Part shown: positions 19,721 through 30,356 of the stretch, one piece after another
How the letters are laid out: each line of letters opens with the position of its first letter
Position numbering within the stretch: the first letter of the stretch is position 1
Assembly: GCA_965218435.1 (NCBI GenBank)
Contig: CBDCKW010000009.1
Location: 608,001-672,000, forward strand
Direction: 5' to 3'
DNA from: Truepera sp.
GTDB lineage: Bacteria > Deinococcota > Deinococci > Deinococcales > Trueperaceae
DNA: 64,000 bases
Translations under genes and position numbers: made by a program
Notes under the pieces: model-generated
Told to the model about the DNA's origin: nothing
The model's database searches: none
Seen by the model: only the letters and a program-made list of their open reading frames with translations

Positions 19721-20900
19721 ACGGCGAAGTGAACGCCGGGAGCAGGCTGGCCCGGTGACAGAAAACCCGGCCCTGGAAACTCTCAACAGAGAAAGCTCCG
19801 GCAAAGAAAGCTCCGGCAAAGAAAGCTCCGGCAAAGAAAGCTCCGGCAAAGAAAGCTCCGGCAAAGAAAATACCACGAGAGAGACTCTTGCCGGAGACAA
19901 CCGCACCCCAAACAACCGCACCGGGGAAACCATCCGCCGCTTGCCCCGGCAGCTGGTAAACCGCTTCCGCAACCTCCGCACGCTCCGAGAGGTTGGTGCG
20001 CAGCTCTGGGCGACGCTGCTCCACAACCTACCACTCAAGCTCGGCGCGCTGCTGCTGGCGATCGTCTTCTGGTTTTTTGTCAGTACCGATGACGCCGTCA
20101 TCTCGCAGCGAACGCTGCGGGCACCCCTGCATACCGAAGGGCTGAGCGATACGCAGCGTGTACTCGGGCTGCCGGAGCGGGTGAGCGTGCGGCTTTCGGG
20201 ACCGCAGAGTCGCCTGCGCACCCTCAATCCGGACGGCCTCGACGTCGTGCTGAACCTGCGCGGCGTCACCGGCAACTTTGAACGCGGCCTGCGCGTCTTT
20301 CCGCCGCAAGGGATTACCGCCGTGGGGGTCGTTCCAGGTGAGCTTATCGGCACGGTTGAAACGCTCGCGCGAAACGAGGTACCGGTCAAGGTCGTCACGC
20401 TCGGTACGCCCGCTGCGGATACGGCGCTGAGGTTACGCGCGGAACCCCCTAGCGTTCAGATTAAGGGCGCGGAAACGCGGGTCGCGCAGGTCACGCAGGT
20501 ACTAGCGCCCTACGACCCCGCCACCCCTACGCCCTCTGAAGGTGCTGAAAAGGTCTACGCCGCTGACGCGCAGGGCGAACCTGTCCCCGGCGTCACCGTG
20601 ACGCCCGCGCAGGTCAGCGTGAGCGCCGCAGTGAGGGCTGTGCTCTCGGTTCGCACGTTGCCTTTGCACCTGACCCCGGTCACGGTACCCGGAAGGCAGG
20701 TCGTGTCGGCGGCCTCAACCCAGAACGAAGTCAGGGTCGTCGGCCCCGAAAGCGTTCTGGCCGAGCTTTCAGCAGTGACGGCGACACTGCCCGAGACGCC
20801 CGCGCGGGGGCCGGGGCGGTATACTTTAGCCTTGACCCTGGACTTACCGGCGGGGGTGACGGCGCTCGAAACGCCGCAGCTCGAGTTACAGCTCCGGTAA
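19710..20900 (+). CDS. cdaR: CdaR/YbbR-domain regulator with repeat-expanded N-terminus
   Basis: Overlaps cdaA stop; NLPLKLGALLLAIVFWFFV anchor then YbbR-like repeats (V.V.GP). Confidence 0.8.
   Translation: MSGERRSERREQAGPVTENPALETLNRESSGKESSGKESSGKESSGKESSGKENTTRETLAGDNRTPNNRTGETIRRLPRQLVNRFRNLRTLREVGAQLWATLLHNLPLKLGALLLAIVFWFFVSTDDAVISQRTLRAPLHTEGLSDTQRVLGLPERVSVRLSGPQSRLRTLNPDGLDVVLNLRGVTGNFERGLRVFPPQGITAVGVVPGELIGTVETLARNEVPVKVVTLGTPAADTALRLRAEPPSVQIKGAETRVAQVTQVLAPYDPATPTPSEGAEKVYAADAQGEPVPGVTVTPAQVSVSAAVRAVLSVRTLPLHLTPVTVPGRQVVSAASTQNEVRVVGPESVLAELSAVTATLPETPARGPGRYTLALTLDLPAGVTALETPQLELQLR
19791..19865 (+). repeat. Tandem repeat (GAAAGCTCCGGCAAA)x5 encoding ESSGK
   Basis: Five perfect adjacent 15-bp copies. 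Confidence 0.95.
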
Positions 20901-20976
20901 GCCCCCGGAACCCTTTTTGACGACTAACGACAGCTTTTGGGAACCGTTTACCAAGCCCGAGCTGTGAGGAGACACT

Positions 20977-21615
20977 GTGATCTACAAAGTTCGTTTTTAC
21001 GGAGACCCGGTGCTGCGGCGGCGCGCCCAACCGGTCACGGCGTTTGATAAAAGGCTCGCGGTACTCGCGCAAGACATGCTGGCGACGATGTATGACGCCA
21101 ACGGTGTCGGCTTAGCTGCGCCGCAGATCGGCCTTTCGGAACGGGTGTTTGTCGCACTCGAGTTAGCCGAAGAAGCCGAAGAGGAGACCGAGGGCGAAGT
21201 CTTAACCAGCCGCGAAAAACGTGAGAAGTGGGGCGTCAAGGCCGAACACGTGATGGTCAACCCCAAAATCATTGCTCGAGGGGGCGTGCAGTACGGTACC
21301 GACGGCTGTTTAAGTCTGCCCGGTATCTTCGTCGAAGACATGAAACGTGACCAAAGCGTCCGTCTGCGCTACCAAGACGTCACCGGCAAACAGCATGAAC
21401 GCGACGCCGAGGGCCACTTCGCTCACGTGATTCAGCACGAACTCGACCACTTAGACGGCGTGCTCTTCTTCGACCGCTTGCCCGAAGCCGAAAAACGCGA
21501 GTTTTTGGAGCTGCACCGCAAAGAGCTCGCGGAGTTGCAACGCGAAGCTAAAGGGTACCTTAAAGAACTTAAAACCAAGAACGTAACCGGCCATAACGAC
21601 GCACGGGTAGGTTGA
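20977..21615 (+). CDS. def: Peptide deformylase
   Basis: GVGLAAPQIG, DGCLS, QHELDHLDG. Confidence 0.95.
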   Translation: MIYKVRFYGDPVLRRRAQPVTAFDKRLAVLAQDMLATMYDANGVGLAAPQIGLSERVFVALELAEEAEEETEGEVLTSREKREKWGVKAEHVMVNPKIIARGGVQYGTDGCLSLPGIFVEDMKRDQSVRLRYQDVTGKQHERDAEGHFAHVIQHELDHLDGVLFFDRLPEAEKREFLELHRKELAELQREAKGYLKELKTKNVTGHNDARVG

Positions 21616-22571
21616 TGCGGGTCGCGCTGTTCGGGTCACCGACGTTTGCGCTGCCGGTGCTGGACGCGCTACTGGCGAAGCATGAGGTGGCGTTAGTCGC
21701 CTCTCAGCCCGATAAACCTGCCGGACGCGGCAACAAGCTGACCCCGCCGCCGGTAGCGATACGGGCGCGGGAGCTGGGGGTAAGGCTCGAGCAACCCCCT
21801 CGCTTAAAACGCAACGAAGGCTTTTTTGAGCTGGTCAGGAGTCTCGAGCTAGACGTTGCAATTACCGCTGCGTACGGTAAAATCTTGCCGCAAATCCTCT
21901 TGGACATTCCCCGACACGGGTTCTTAAATGTCCACGCGAGCCTCTTACCCAAATATCGCGGCGCTGCGCCGATTCAGTGGGCGCTCATTAACGGCGAAAC
22001 AGAGACGGGTATTAGCATCATGCAGACCGAAGCGGGGCTCGATACGGGTCCGGTACGGCTCGAGCGTCGCCTCCCTATAGACCCGGATGACACTTCTTTA
22101 ACGCTTTTCGACAAACTTTCGGTGCTCGGTGCCGACACGCTGACGGACGCTTTAGACAAACTAGAGCGCGGTGAGCTGCCGAGTTGCCCCCAGAACGGCG
22201 CTGAGGCGACGATTGCCCCTATGCTCAGCAAAGACGACGGGCGTCTCCGCTGGGATGAGCCCGCCGCGCAAATTTACAACCGCTACCGCGGCGTGTTCGT
22301 GTGGCCGGGGAGCTTTACGGTGCATGACAAAAAACCGCTTAAAGTCGTTCAGCTCAGTGTGGTTGCAGGGATGAACTCGAGTGCCCAACCCGGTGAAGTG
22401 ATCGCCACGTCTCCCCGAGGTATTACCGTCCAGTGCGGCGCAGGCGTGGTGTTGCTAGAGAGCATTCAACCTGCCGGAAAACCAAAGATGCCCGCGTCTA
22501 GTTGGGCGAACGGTTACGGGGTCCGGGTCGGGACACGTTTAGGAGACGGGCAAGGAGAAAGTCATGGCTAG
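21615..22571 (+). CDS. fmt: Methionyl-tRNA formyltransferase
   Basis: SQPDKPAGRG, NVHASLLPKYRGAAPI, GLDTG. Confidence 0.95.
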   Translation: MRVALFGSPTFALPVLDALLAKHEVALVASQPDKPAGRGNKLTPPPVAIRARELGVRLEQPPRLKRNEGFFELVRSLELDVAITAAYGKILPQILLDIPRHGFLNVHASLLPKYRGAAPIQWALINGETETGISIMQTEAGLDTGPVRLERRLPIDPDDTSLTLFDKLSVLGADTLTDALDKLERGELPSCPQNGAEATIAPMLSKDDGRLRWDEPAAQIYNRYRGVFVWPGSFTVHDKKPLKVVQLSVVAGMNSSAQPGEVIATSPRGITVQCGAGVVLLESIQPAGKPKMPASSWANGYGVRVGTRLGDGQGESHG

Positions 22572-23883
22572 AGTGGCGATTGTCGGACGGCCCAACGTAG
22601 GTAAATCTAGCCTCTTTAATCGCCTCGTCGGACGGCGTGAAGCGATTGTCGCGGATATGCCGGGGGTCACGCGAGACGTCAAAGAAGCGAAGGTCGAAGA
22701 CGATCTGGGCCGCAGTTTTTCACTCCTGGATACCGGCGGCCTCTGGTCAAATGACGAGTGGGAAGCGGCCATTCGGGGCCGTATCGAACTTGCGCTTCGT
22801 GACGTTGACCTGATTCTCTTCTGTGTAGACGGCCGCACCCCCCTGAGCGCCGCCGACTTTGAAATTGCCGACTGGCTCCGCGCCCTCGATAAACCGACGC
22901 TGCTGGTCGCCACTAAACTTGACGACGAACGCCACGAAGAAGACCCCGAGCTGTATGAACTCTACGCCCTCGGCTTCGGCGAACCGCACTTCGTCTCGGC
23001 AGAGCACGCTCGCGGCACGCATGAACTTTCAGACACGATTTTTGAACGTCTGCCTGAAGATGCCGACGAAGCCGAACCCGAAGAGGTCCGCGTCGCCATC
23101 ATCGGACGGCCCAACGTCGGCAAATCGAGCTTGTTAAACGCCCTGGTCGGTGATGAACGGGTGATCGTCGCTGATCTGCCGGGAACAACGCGGGACAGCG
23201 TAGACGTGAAGTTTGACTTCGGTGGCCGGTTATTCGTTTTGGTAGATACCGCCGGCATCCGCCGTAAACCCGACGGCGACGTCGAATACTACTCAAAACT
23301 CCGCAGTGAAGAAGCCTTGATGCGCTCTGACGTGGCGGTTTTAGTTGTTGACCCGTTTGAACTCGGCGACCACGAACTGCGCCTCGCCAATCTCGCGCTG
23401 CACGCGGGCAAGCCGGTCGTGTTGACCATCAACAAGTGGGATTTGGTCCCGGACGAAACGCTGCAGGAGTTTGAAAAAGACATCGCCCAAGAACTCGGGC
23501 ATATCTCGTTTGCGCCCAAAGTCTATACGAGCGCCATCAACGATTACGGCCTCCACGACCTGTTAGCTGCTGTCATTCGCGTCTACGACACCGCCCGCTT
23601 CCGTATCTCGACGAGTGACGTGAACAACTGGTTAGACGTCTGGTCGCTGCGGCAGTCACCGCCCAACTTTCGGGGCAAACCGCTCAAAATGCTCTACGGT
23701 ACCCAAGCCGACGTTGCGCCGCCGACCTTTGTCATTTCGGTCAACAATGAAAACTTCGTCACGCGCCCGTATGAGCAGTACATCCTGAACCGGATTCGGG
23801 AGGATTTGGGGTTTGCCGAGGTGCCGATACGCCTGATTTGGAAGTCGCGCTCGAGAGACGGTGGCAAACGCGTTCGGGTATGA
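22564..23883 (+). CDS. der: Ribosome biogenesis GTPase Der (EngA)
   Basis: Two GRPNVGKSSL G-domains plus KH-like C-terminus. Confidence 0.96.
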   Translation: MARVAIVGRPNVGKSSLFNRLVGRREAIVADMPGVTRDVKEAKVEDDLGRSFSLLDTGGLWSNDEWEAAIRGRIELALRDVDLILFCVDGRTPLSAADFEIADWLRALDKPTLLVATKLDDERHEEDPELYELYALGFGEPHFVSAEHARGTHELSDTIFERLPEDADEAEPEEVRVAIIGRPNVGKSSLLNALVGDERVIVADLPGTTRDSVDVKFDFGGRLFVLVDTAGIRRKPDGDVEYYSKLRSEEALMRSDVAVLVVDPFELGDHELRLANLALHAGKPVVLTINKWDLVPDETLQEFEKDIAQELGHISFAPKVYTSAINDYGLHDLLAAVIRVYDTARFRISTSDVNNWLDVWSLRQSPPNFRGKPLKMLYGTQADVAPPTFVISVNNENFVTRPYEQYILNRIREDLGFAEVPIRLIWKSRSRDGGKRVRV

Positions 23884-24776
23884 GCGAACGTCCCTTTATC
23901 CCTGCTGAAAGTGCTGAACCGGCGGATTGGCTAGTCGAGCGGCTGACCGACTTCGCGGTCAACGTCTTATCGGTCGTTCCGAGCGGGTTTGGAGCGTACG
24001 CAAGGGTGTTTCACCCGGCTGCTAAAGTGACCTGCACTTTGGACGCCGACCAAACGTCTACTGCTGAACCACTGAGCTGGGCGGAGGTTGCCGAACTGAC
24101 CGGGCGCACGCCGCACCGATTGATGCAGTGGGCAAGTATTCAGGGGTCGCATCCTGAACTTCACGATTACACCGCGCTTAAAGCCGAGGATATTTATATC
24201 AGAGCTCCCCTTGGAGGTAGTTTACCGCTCGAGCTGGCCCAAACTTTACAGCTCATTTTTGAGCAGCATACGAGCACCCCTGACACGTGCTTTTTCGCTG
24301 TCTGGGAGGGTTTTGGTGGGCTGCCGAAATATGTGTACGAAGCGCCTGCATTTGAGATTCCCGCAAGGCGTTTTCACCTCTTTAGAAACGCTATCCAGAC
24401 AGTTGAACAAAGTTTTTACACGGGAGCCGAACACGACACTATGGAAACGGTCTTTGTAGCGATTTCAGATGAAGAAGCAATACTTTCACCTGAGAAACTT
24501 CAAGAGCAACTTCACGCATCGTTGGATGCTCTCAACGCCATGCCTGTTGCTTATCAAAGTGCTAACCTCTGGTGGCCCGAAGACCGCGCCTGGTGCGTTC
24601 ACACCGAGATTGACCTCAACACGACGTACGTCGCAGGTTCACAGGGGCTGATTGACGCCATTCTCGCTTCTGAAAAACTGGAAGCGTACCAGCTCGAGCC
24701 GACCGATGAACTTGTCAACGACGCCGTAAATCCTATCCCCGATGACCCTTACGGCAGTTCCTTTAAGATTGCGTAA
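23880..24776 (+). CDS. Hypothetical protein
   Basis: ATGA overlap with der; VVPSGFGAYARVFHP and NLWWPEDRAWCVHTEID blocks. Confidence 0.65.
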   Translation: MSERPFIPAESAEPADWLVERLTDFAVNVLSVVPSGFGAYARVFHPAAKVTCTLDADQTSTAEPLSWAEVAELTGRTPHRLMQWASIQGSHPELHDYTALKAEDIYIRAPLGGSLPLELAQTLQLIFEQHTSTPDTCFFAVWEGFGGLPKYVYEAPAFEIPARRFHLFRNAIQTVEQSFYTGAEHDTMETVFVAISDEEAILSPEKLQEQLHASLDALNAMPVAYQSANLWWPEDRAWCVHTEIDLNTTYVAGSQGLIDAILASEKLEAYQLEPTDELVNDAVNPIPDDPYGSSFKIA

Positions 24777-24821
24777 TGCGCTTAGCGCGTCACACCGGGA
24801 GGTTTAGATGATGAGGATAAC

Positions 24822-26639
24822 GTGGAGGCTAACGTTTTACCCAACGGCGCAGGTGCGGCAGTGAACCGGTTTTCTGTACGCCCACTTGCAGAGATGACGC
24901 GTGAGCTGGCCGCTGTCGCGTCCGGGCGGCAAACGCCCGATTCAGTCCTAACGAACGCGCGTATCTTGTCAGCCTATACCGAGCGCATCTTAAAGGACCG
25001 CGAAGTGTGGCTCTGCGGCGGCCGCATCGCCGCCGTCAAACCTGCCGGAACTGCGAAAGATGCGCCTGTCTATGACGTCCAGGGCGGCATCCTTGCGCCC
25101 GGTCTGGTAGACCCACATATCCATATCGAATCGAGCATGATGACGGCGTGTGCGTATGCTGAAGCTGCGCTTCTGAACGGCACCACGACCATCTTTTGCG
25201 ATTCGCATGAGATCGGCAACGTCTGTGACGTTAAAGGGATCGAGTGGATGTTAGAGGACGCCCGTCAAGCGGCGCTCAACATCTTTTTAACGGTTCCGAG
25301 CACGGTTCCGGCCACGTCACCGACGTTTGAAACGGCGGGCGGCGACCTCACCGCAGAGAAGATCGGCGCACTCTTTGACGCGTGGCCCGAAGCGGCGGCA
25401 CTTGGCGAAAAGATGGATTTTGTGCAGGTAACGCAGGGTGACCCGCGCAGTCACGCGATTATCCGAGCTGCTTTAGAACGTGGGAAACCTGTATCCGGGC
25501 ACGTCTACGGGCGTGAATTCGTGGCGGCGTATGCGGCGAGTGGCGTGACCGATACGCATGAGGCGATAGACCGGGAGATTGCTGAGGATTTGCTCGAGGC
25601 CGGTCTCTACCTCTTCCTCCGGGGTGGCCCCCCCACGACGCCGTGGCACAGCCTGCCTGAAGCGATCAAAGCGGTGACTGAACTCGGCGCTTGTGCCAAC
25701 CGGGTTTGCCTCTGCACGGACGACCGCGACGCCGACGACCTGTTGATGTTTGGTCTCGACTGGGTGGCACGGGAAGCCGTCAAAGCAGGCTTAAAACCGG
25801 CCTTAGCCTGGAGTATGGGCTCGCTGCACGCGGCGACGCGTTACGGCTTGGACGGCGATTTGGGTGGTCTCGGGCACGGGCGGCGGGCGGATATTGTCTT
25901 ACTAAACGATGGGCTCGAGCCCCAAGCCACTTGGTACGGCGGCGAGCTGGTCGTTGAAAATAAGAAAATCACCTCGAAACTCGACGAAGCCTTGTCCAAA
26001 CGCTACACCTACCCTAAAGCTGCGTTTGCAACGGTCATGCTGCCCGAAACGTACACGCTGACGCCCGACTTGCCGACGGAACCTTGCACCGCCAACGTCA
26101 TCCGCACGGCGCTCCCCGGCATTACTCTGTTTCACGAACGCGTAGACCTGCCGGTGCGGGAGAGCTGGGCCGCACACTTTGAGGCTGAACCCCTCTGTTT
26201 CGTCAGCATCTTAGAGCGTCACGGCAACTCGGGCGAGGTAGCGCACGGGCTCCTCAAAGACTTCGGCCTCACCTCCGGTGCAGTCGCAAGCAGCGTCGGG
26301 CACGACGCCCACAACCTCATCGTTGCGGGCAGAGACGAAGCGGATATGCGGCTAGCGGTCGAAACCATCCGCAAAAGCCGAGGCGGGGTCGTCGTCGTGC
26401 GTGGGGGCGAGGTGTTAGCCGAGGTCGCGCTGCCGATTGCCGGACTTTTAGCCGAGGGCCGCGCTTCTGACGTTGCCGAGGCGACCGCTGAACTTAAACA
26501 AGCTTGGGCCGAACTCGGTTGTACGCTGCCGTACATGGGGTTTAACCTGCTTCCGCTGTCGGTCATTCCTGAAATTCGCATTACCGACAAGGGGTTGGTC
26601 ACTGTACCGGGGATGGAGCAGGTACCGCTTTTTGTCTGA
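24822..26639 (+). CDS. ade: Adenine deaminase (amidohydrolase family)
   Basis: [41 protein letters not shown]. Confidence 0.88.
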   Translation: MEANVLPNGAGAAVNRFSVRPLAEMTRELAAVASGRQTPDSVLTNARILSAYTERILKDREVWLCGGRIAAVKPAGTAKDAPVYDVQGGILAPGLVDPHIHIESSMMTACAYAEAALLNGTTTIFCDSHEIGNVCDVKGIEWMLEDARQAALNIFLTVPSTVPATSPTFETAGGDLTAEKIGALFDAWPEAAALGEKMDFVQVTQGDPRSHAIIRAALERGKPVSGHVYGREFVAAYAASGVTDTHEAIDREIAEDLLEAGLYLFLRGGPPTTPWHSLPEAIKAVTELGACANRVCLCTDDRDADDLLMFGLDWVAREAVKAGLKPALAWSMGSLHAATRYGLDGDLGGLGHGRRADIVLLNDGLEPQATWYGGELVVENKKITSKLDEALSKRYTYPKAAFATVMLPETYTLTPDLPTEPCTANVIRTALPGITLFHERVDLPVRESWAAHFEAEPLCFVSILERHGNSGEVAHGLLKDFGLTSGAVASSVGHDAHNLIVAGRDEADMRLAVETIRKSRGGVVVVRGGEVLAEVALPIAGLLAEGRASDVAEATAELKQAWAELGCTLPYMGFNLLPLSVIPEIRITDKGLVTVPGMEQVPLFV

Positions 26640-26971
26640 CCCGGCCTTACTGTGAAATTGTTAACACTTTTAAGAGAGCTTGTCGCAGCTGTCACCACAA
26701 AATGCGCGTGCCAAACCGCGCTTTATCTACCCGGACTGGCTCAAACTAGAGGATACCCGCCAGGCAACATGCAAATAACGTGAGTAAACAGTAAAGTTTC
26801 ATGATTTTTTCATTAACCATATGTTAATTTTATGATGTCTCAATACATCGGCCAGGGCAATACGTTAGAGACGGCTCGAGCACAACTAAGCGTCACCTGT
26901 AAGCTGCCTAAACTCGGCGGGGGCTTCCTAAAGGTACTACCCGGCAGGACGCTCGAATCTAAGGAGCAACG

Positions 26972-28237
26972 ATGAAATCAGCTTTGCGTTTGCTGTCCGT
27001 CTCTTTACTTTTGCTTGTCGCTGCGTGTAGTCAAAACGAAGCCGTGGTGCAAAAACCTCTGGACGCCGCCCCGTCCGCGGACGTGAAAACGGCCCTGGCA
27101 GCCGTGACAAGTGGGGTACCGGTCAGCAATCTGTCCGGGTCGCGCGGCAGTCAGCGCACCGGCAGTCTCGAGGTGCCGAGTGGGGCCACGGACCTTCGTA
27201 TCAGCATCTCGGGCGGGTCGGGTGACGCCGACCTCTATGTACGTTTCGGCGCTGCGCCGACGACCAGCAGCTACGACTGCCGCCCCTACCGCACCGGCAA
27301 CAACGAAACGTGCAGCTTTAGTGCGCCGCGTACGGGAACGTACTACATCATGATTCGTGGTTATACGGCCTATAGCGGCGTGATCTTAAATGCGAGCTAC
27401 AGCGGCGGGACGACCAACCCGCCCGCTCCAACCGGCAGCTTTAACATTCAATTTGTCTTCGGGCCGAACGTGACGAGCAGCCAAAAGGCGACGTTTGAAC
27501 AGGCGGCGACGCGCTGGGAACAGGTCATTACCGGCGACCTTGCCAACGTCTCGGTCAACAAGCAGAGCAATCTCTGCGGCGCAGGTGAACCCTCTTATAA
27601 CGGCACCGTTGACGACGTGGTGATTTACGCCGAAGTCGGGCCGATTGACGGGGCGAGAGGCGTCTTAGCGCAAGCCGGACCGTGTTTGGTTCGGAGTGGC
27701 GGCGTCACCAGCTACGGCGTGATGAGTTTTGACAGTGCCGACGTGGGCAGTATCAACCTGACCAACGTGATTCTTCACGAGATGGGGCACGTGCTCGGTA
27801 TCGGAACGCTCTGGCCCAACTTTGGTCTGGTCAACTACAGCAGCGGTTGCCCGAGCAACCCACGCTACAGCGGCCCCAGCGCCCGGAGCGAATGGAACGC
27901 ACTCGGCGGCAGCGGCGACATCCCCGTCGAGCAAGACGGCGGCCCCGGTACGGGGTGTGGTCACTGGGACGAGGAGACCTTTAACGCCGAACTGATGACC
28001 GGCTACGTCGAAAACGGCAGTATGCCGCTCAGCCGGATGACGGTCGGGACGCTGCAAGATATGGGCTACGCCGTCAATAAGGGTGCCGCCGACGCCTACA
28101 GCTTGCCCTCATGCTCGCCAACTTGTAACTCGCTGGCACCGCAGGGTATAGATATTGCGGCGGGTGAGGTGCTCCTCGAGCCCATCGGGATCAGTTTGCC
28201 GAGTGGAGAAATCGAGCGGATAGATCAGAGCCGTTAA
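26972..28237 (+). CDS. Lipoprotein with PPC domain and leishmanolysin-like (M8) zinc metallopeptidase
   Basis: Lipobox LVAAC, PPC ([13 protein letters not shown]...CRPY), [18 protein letters not shown]. Confidence 0.82.
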   Translation: MKSALRLLSVSLLLLVAACSQNEAVVQKPLDAAPSADVKTALAAVTSGVPVSNLSGSRGSQRTGSLEVPSGATDLRISISGGSGDADLYVRFGAAPTTSSYDCRPYRTGNNETCSFSAPRTGTYYIMIRGYTAYSGVILNASYSGGTTNPPAPTGSFNIQFVFGPNVTSSQKATFEQAATRWEQVITGDLANVSVNKQSNLCGAGEPSYNGTVDDVVIYAEVGPIDGARGVLAQAGPCLVRSGGVTSYGVMSFDSADVGSINLTNVILHEMGHVLGIGTLWPNFGLVNYSSGCPSNPRYSGPSARSEWNALGGSGDIPVEQDGGPGTGCGHWDEETFNAELMTGYVENGSMPLSRMTVGTLQDMGYAVNKGAADAYSLPSCSPTCNSLAPQGIDIAAGEVLLEPIGISLPSGEIERIDQSR

Positions 28238-28255
28238 AGTAGTCTTTTGAAGTAC

Positions 28256-28279
28256 GGCGGGCTTCGGCTCGCCTTTTTT
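28256..28279 (+). terminator. Intrinsic terminator
   Basis: GGCGGGC-TTCG-GCTCGCC-TTTTTT. Confidence 0.8.
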
Positions 28280-28301
28280 GTTGTGATTGACCCGCTCGAG
28301 C

Positions 28302-28913
28302 TTACGGCGTAAAGCCAAAAGTATTTTCAACTACACCTGGTAAGACGCTGTAAATCGAGCGTCCAATCGCCTTTTCAAAGTATCCCTGCAATTCTAAAAA
28401 CGCCCGCCATTTTTCCACAGTCATGTCGTTAATGCCAAGCCGGAGCGCCACATCAACGAGCCTCTTTTCAATCATCACAAACCCTGAAGGCCATGCAAGC
28501 GCGTCACAGAGTTGCAGTAGGCGGTCATAGTCGTCGTACTTTACGCCGTTCAAATACGCTTCGACAAAAGCTAATTCTTCAGCTGAACCGTCCCACCTGC
28601 CTGACCCAGCTTTGATGTCCTGCAGCGGGTACGAATGCGTCAGGGCGATGCGCGCCGCGTCCGAGTAACCCAAATTTTCCAAAAAGGTATAGCCGTCTAA
28701 GATATGACGGTGGCCGGTGACACCTTCTTGTCGTCCGATGTCGTGCAGCAAGCCCAAAATATAAGCAGTTTTGGGATCTAAGTCAGGATGAACTTCAGCG
28801 ATGTTTTTGGCCGCTAACGCGACGTAACGGGCGTGGTCAGCCCAGCCGCCGGGATTTTTTGCTTCAGCCTTGTCTAACAGTCGTTCGGCTTCGGCTAACG
28901 TAGGTACTTTCAT
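28302..28913 (-). CDS. HD-domain phosphohydrolase
   Basis: H...GLLHDIGR...H...H...CDAL; leaderless TAGACT-6 nt-ATG. Confidence 0.85.
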   Translation of the reverse strand: MKVPTLAEAERLLDKAEAKNPGGWADHARYVALAAKNIAEVHPDLDPKTAYILGLLHDIGRQEGVTGHRHILDGYTFLENLGYSDAARIALTHSYPLQDIKAGSGRWDGSAEELAFVEAYLNGVKYDDYDRLLQLCDALAWPSGFVMIEKRLVDVALRLGINDMTVEKWRAFLELQGYFEKAIGRSIYSVLPGVVENTFGFTP

Positions 28914-28933
28914 AGGCTTAGTCTAGCGCGAAC

Positions 28934-28963
28934 AAAAAAACCCCCTCAGGGCTCGAGGGGGTT
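28934..28963 (-). terminator. Intrinsic terminator of BMP gene
   Basis: Minus strand AACCCCCTC-loop-GAGGGGG-TTTTTTT. Confidence 0.8.
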
Positions 28964-28997
28964 CACAGCTAACTTATACCTTCTTCAAACTAAGAGC

Positions 28998-30149
28998 TTA
29001 CGGCTCGTCCGGCCACGACCCGACGACACCTTGGGCGGCCCACTGCATACTCGTCAGGTCGGCGACGCTCATCACAGTCCCGGCGGGGACGACTTCGTTC
29101 CCTTTGCGGTCGGTGAGCGGTCCGGTAAAGGGTTCAAACGCAGGCGTTTCTTGTGACATCTGTCCCAAGCGTTTGTTCACTAAGTCATAAACAGAGATCT
29201 CGCCGAGTTCGCTGTCGTTGACCTTTTTGGCCTTGAGTGCGTCCGTAAAGGCCGGGTTGATGACCGTGCCTACGTCCGCGCCGGTCTCGACTGCGCCGCT
29301 CGTTAGGAGCGACCAGTAATCTACATCTTGCATATTCTCGGGCGTATAGGTGCCGTCGTGAACTTTGGTCAGGATGTCGCGGTAGATTTTGTCCCAGTGG
29401 ACAATCTGCCCGGAGACCACGTAATCGGGTGCAAACTTGAGCATCGGGGAGTAGTGGCCGAAGCTCGGCAAGTTGTTCTGCGCGGCGACCTGCACGACCG
29501 TCGGCGAGTCCTCGGTAAAGGCGAAGATATCTACCCCGTCAGCAATAAGCGCCTGCGCCGCTTCGGTCGCGGCGGCGGGGTTGTACCACGAGTTGAGCCA
29601 GCGGACGTTGACCGTCGCGTCGGGGTTGACTGCCCGTGCGCCCATCGTAAAGGCGTCAATGTGCCGCTTGACTTCCGGAATTGGGAAGCCGCCGACGTAG
29701 CCGAGCTTGCCGCTTTTGCTCAGTGCGCCCGCCATCAGGCCGTTTAAGTAGTAAATCTGATAAAACTCGGCGGTGTAGGTCGCCACGTTCGGCGCGCGCA
29801 TGAAGCCGGTAGCGTGGGCAAAGACCACATCCGGGTAACGGGCGGCGGCGGCTAAGGTCGCGTCCATGAAGCCGAACGAGGTCGTAAAGATGACATTGGC
29901 ACCCTGATTGACAAGCTGGTCGATAAAGACCTCGGCGTCGGCTTCGGGTACCGATTCGACGGCGATGGTATCTAACCAGTCGTACTCATCGTCGAGCAGC
30001 TGCCGCGCCTGGTCGTGCGCTTCGGTCCAGCCGTTGTCGTCGGTCGGGCCGACGTAGATAAAGCCTGCCGTAACATGATCTTGCTGAGCCAGAGCCGAGG
30101 TAAAAAGACCTGTGAAGAGAAAGATAGCTAAAACCGAAAAACGCCGCAC
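28998..30149 (-). CDS. BMP family ABC substrate-binding protein (purine/nucleoside)
   Basis: Signal peptide, GFIYVGPTDDNGW, IFTTSFGF, PIPEV; AGGAGG SD. Confidence 0.88.
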   Translation of the reverse strand: MRRFSVLAIFLFTGLFTSALAQQDHVTAGFIYVGPTDDNGWTEAHDQARQLLDDEYDWLDTIAVESVPEADAEVFIDQLVNQGANVIFTTSFGFMDATLAAAARYPDVVFAHATGFMRAPNVATYTAEFYQIYYLNGLMAGALSKSGKLGYVGGFPIPEVKRHIDAFTMGARAVNPDATVNVRWLNSWYNPAAATEAAQALIADGVDIFAFTEDSPTVVQVAAQNNLPSFGHYSPMLKFAPDYVVSGQIVHWDKIYRDILTKVHDGTYTPENMQDVDYWSLLTSGAVETGADVGTVINPAFTDALKAKKVNDSELGEISVYDLVNKRLGQMSQETPAFEPFTGPLTDRKGNEVVPAGTVMSVADLTSMQWAAQGVVGSWPDEP

Positions 30150-30356
30150 ATTGACCTCCTAGGGGAGACTCGAGCCTTGAAACGTTATACCCGGCCTCGA
30201 GCCCGCTAGCAGCAGTATATGAAGTTTGTTGGCAACGCTGCAATCATTAAGGTCAACAAAAAGTCATTTTTCTGTTTACACTTTGCTAAGTTCAGCTGCG
30301 TTACCCTGCCAAAAAAGCCCAATTGACGCCCCTGTGCGCCTCTGCTACCGTACAGC

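Noticed and set aside
19791..19865. Possible CRISPR array
   Set aside because: Units are 15 bp, directly adjacent with no spacers, in frame within a CDS; no cas genes in the window
26640..26971. Riboswitch upstream of the protease
   Set aside because: No recognisable c-di-AMP, c-di-GMP, purine or cobalamin aptamer consensus by eye; an Rfam scan would be needed
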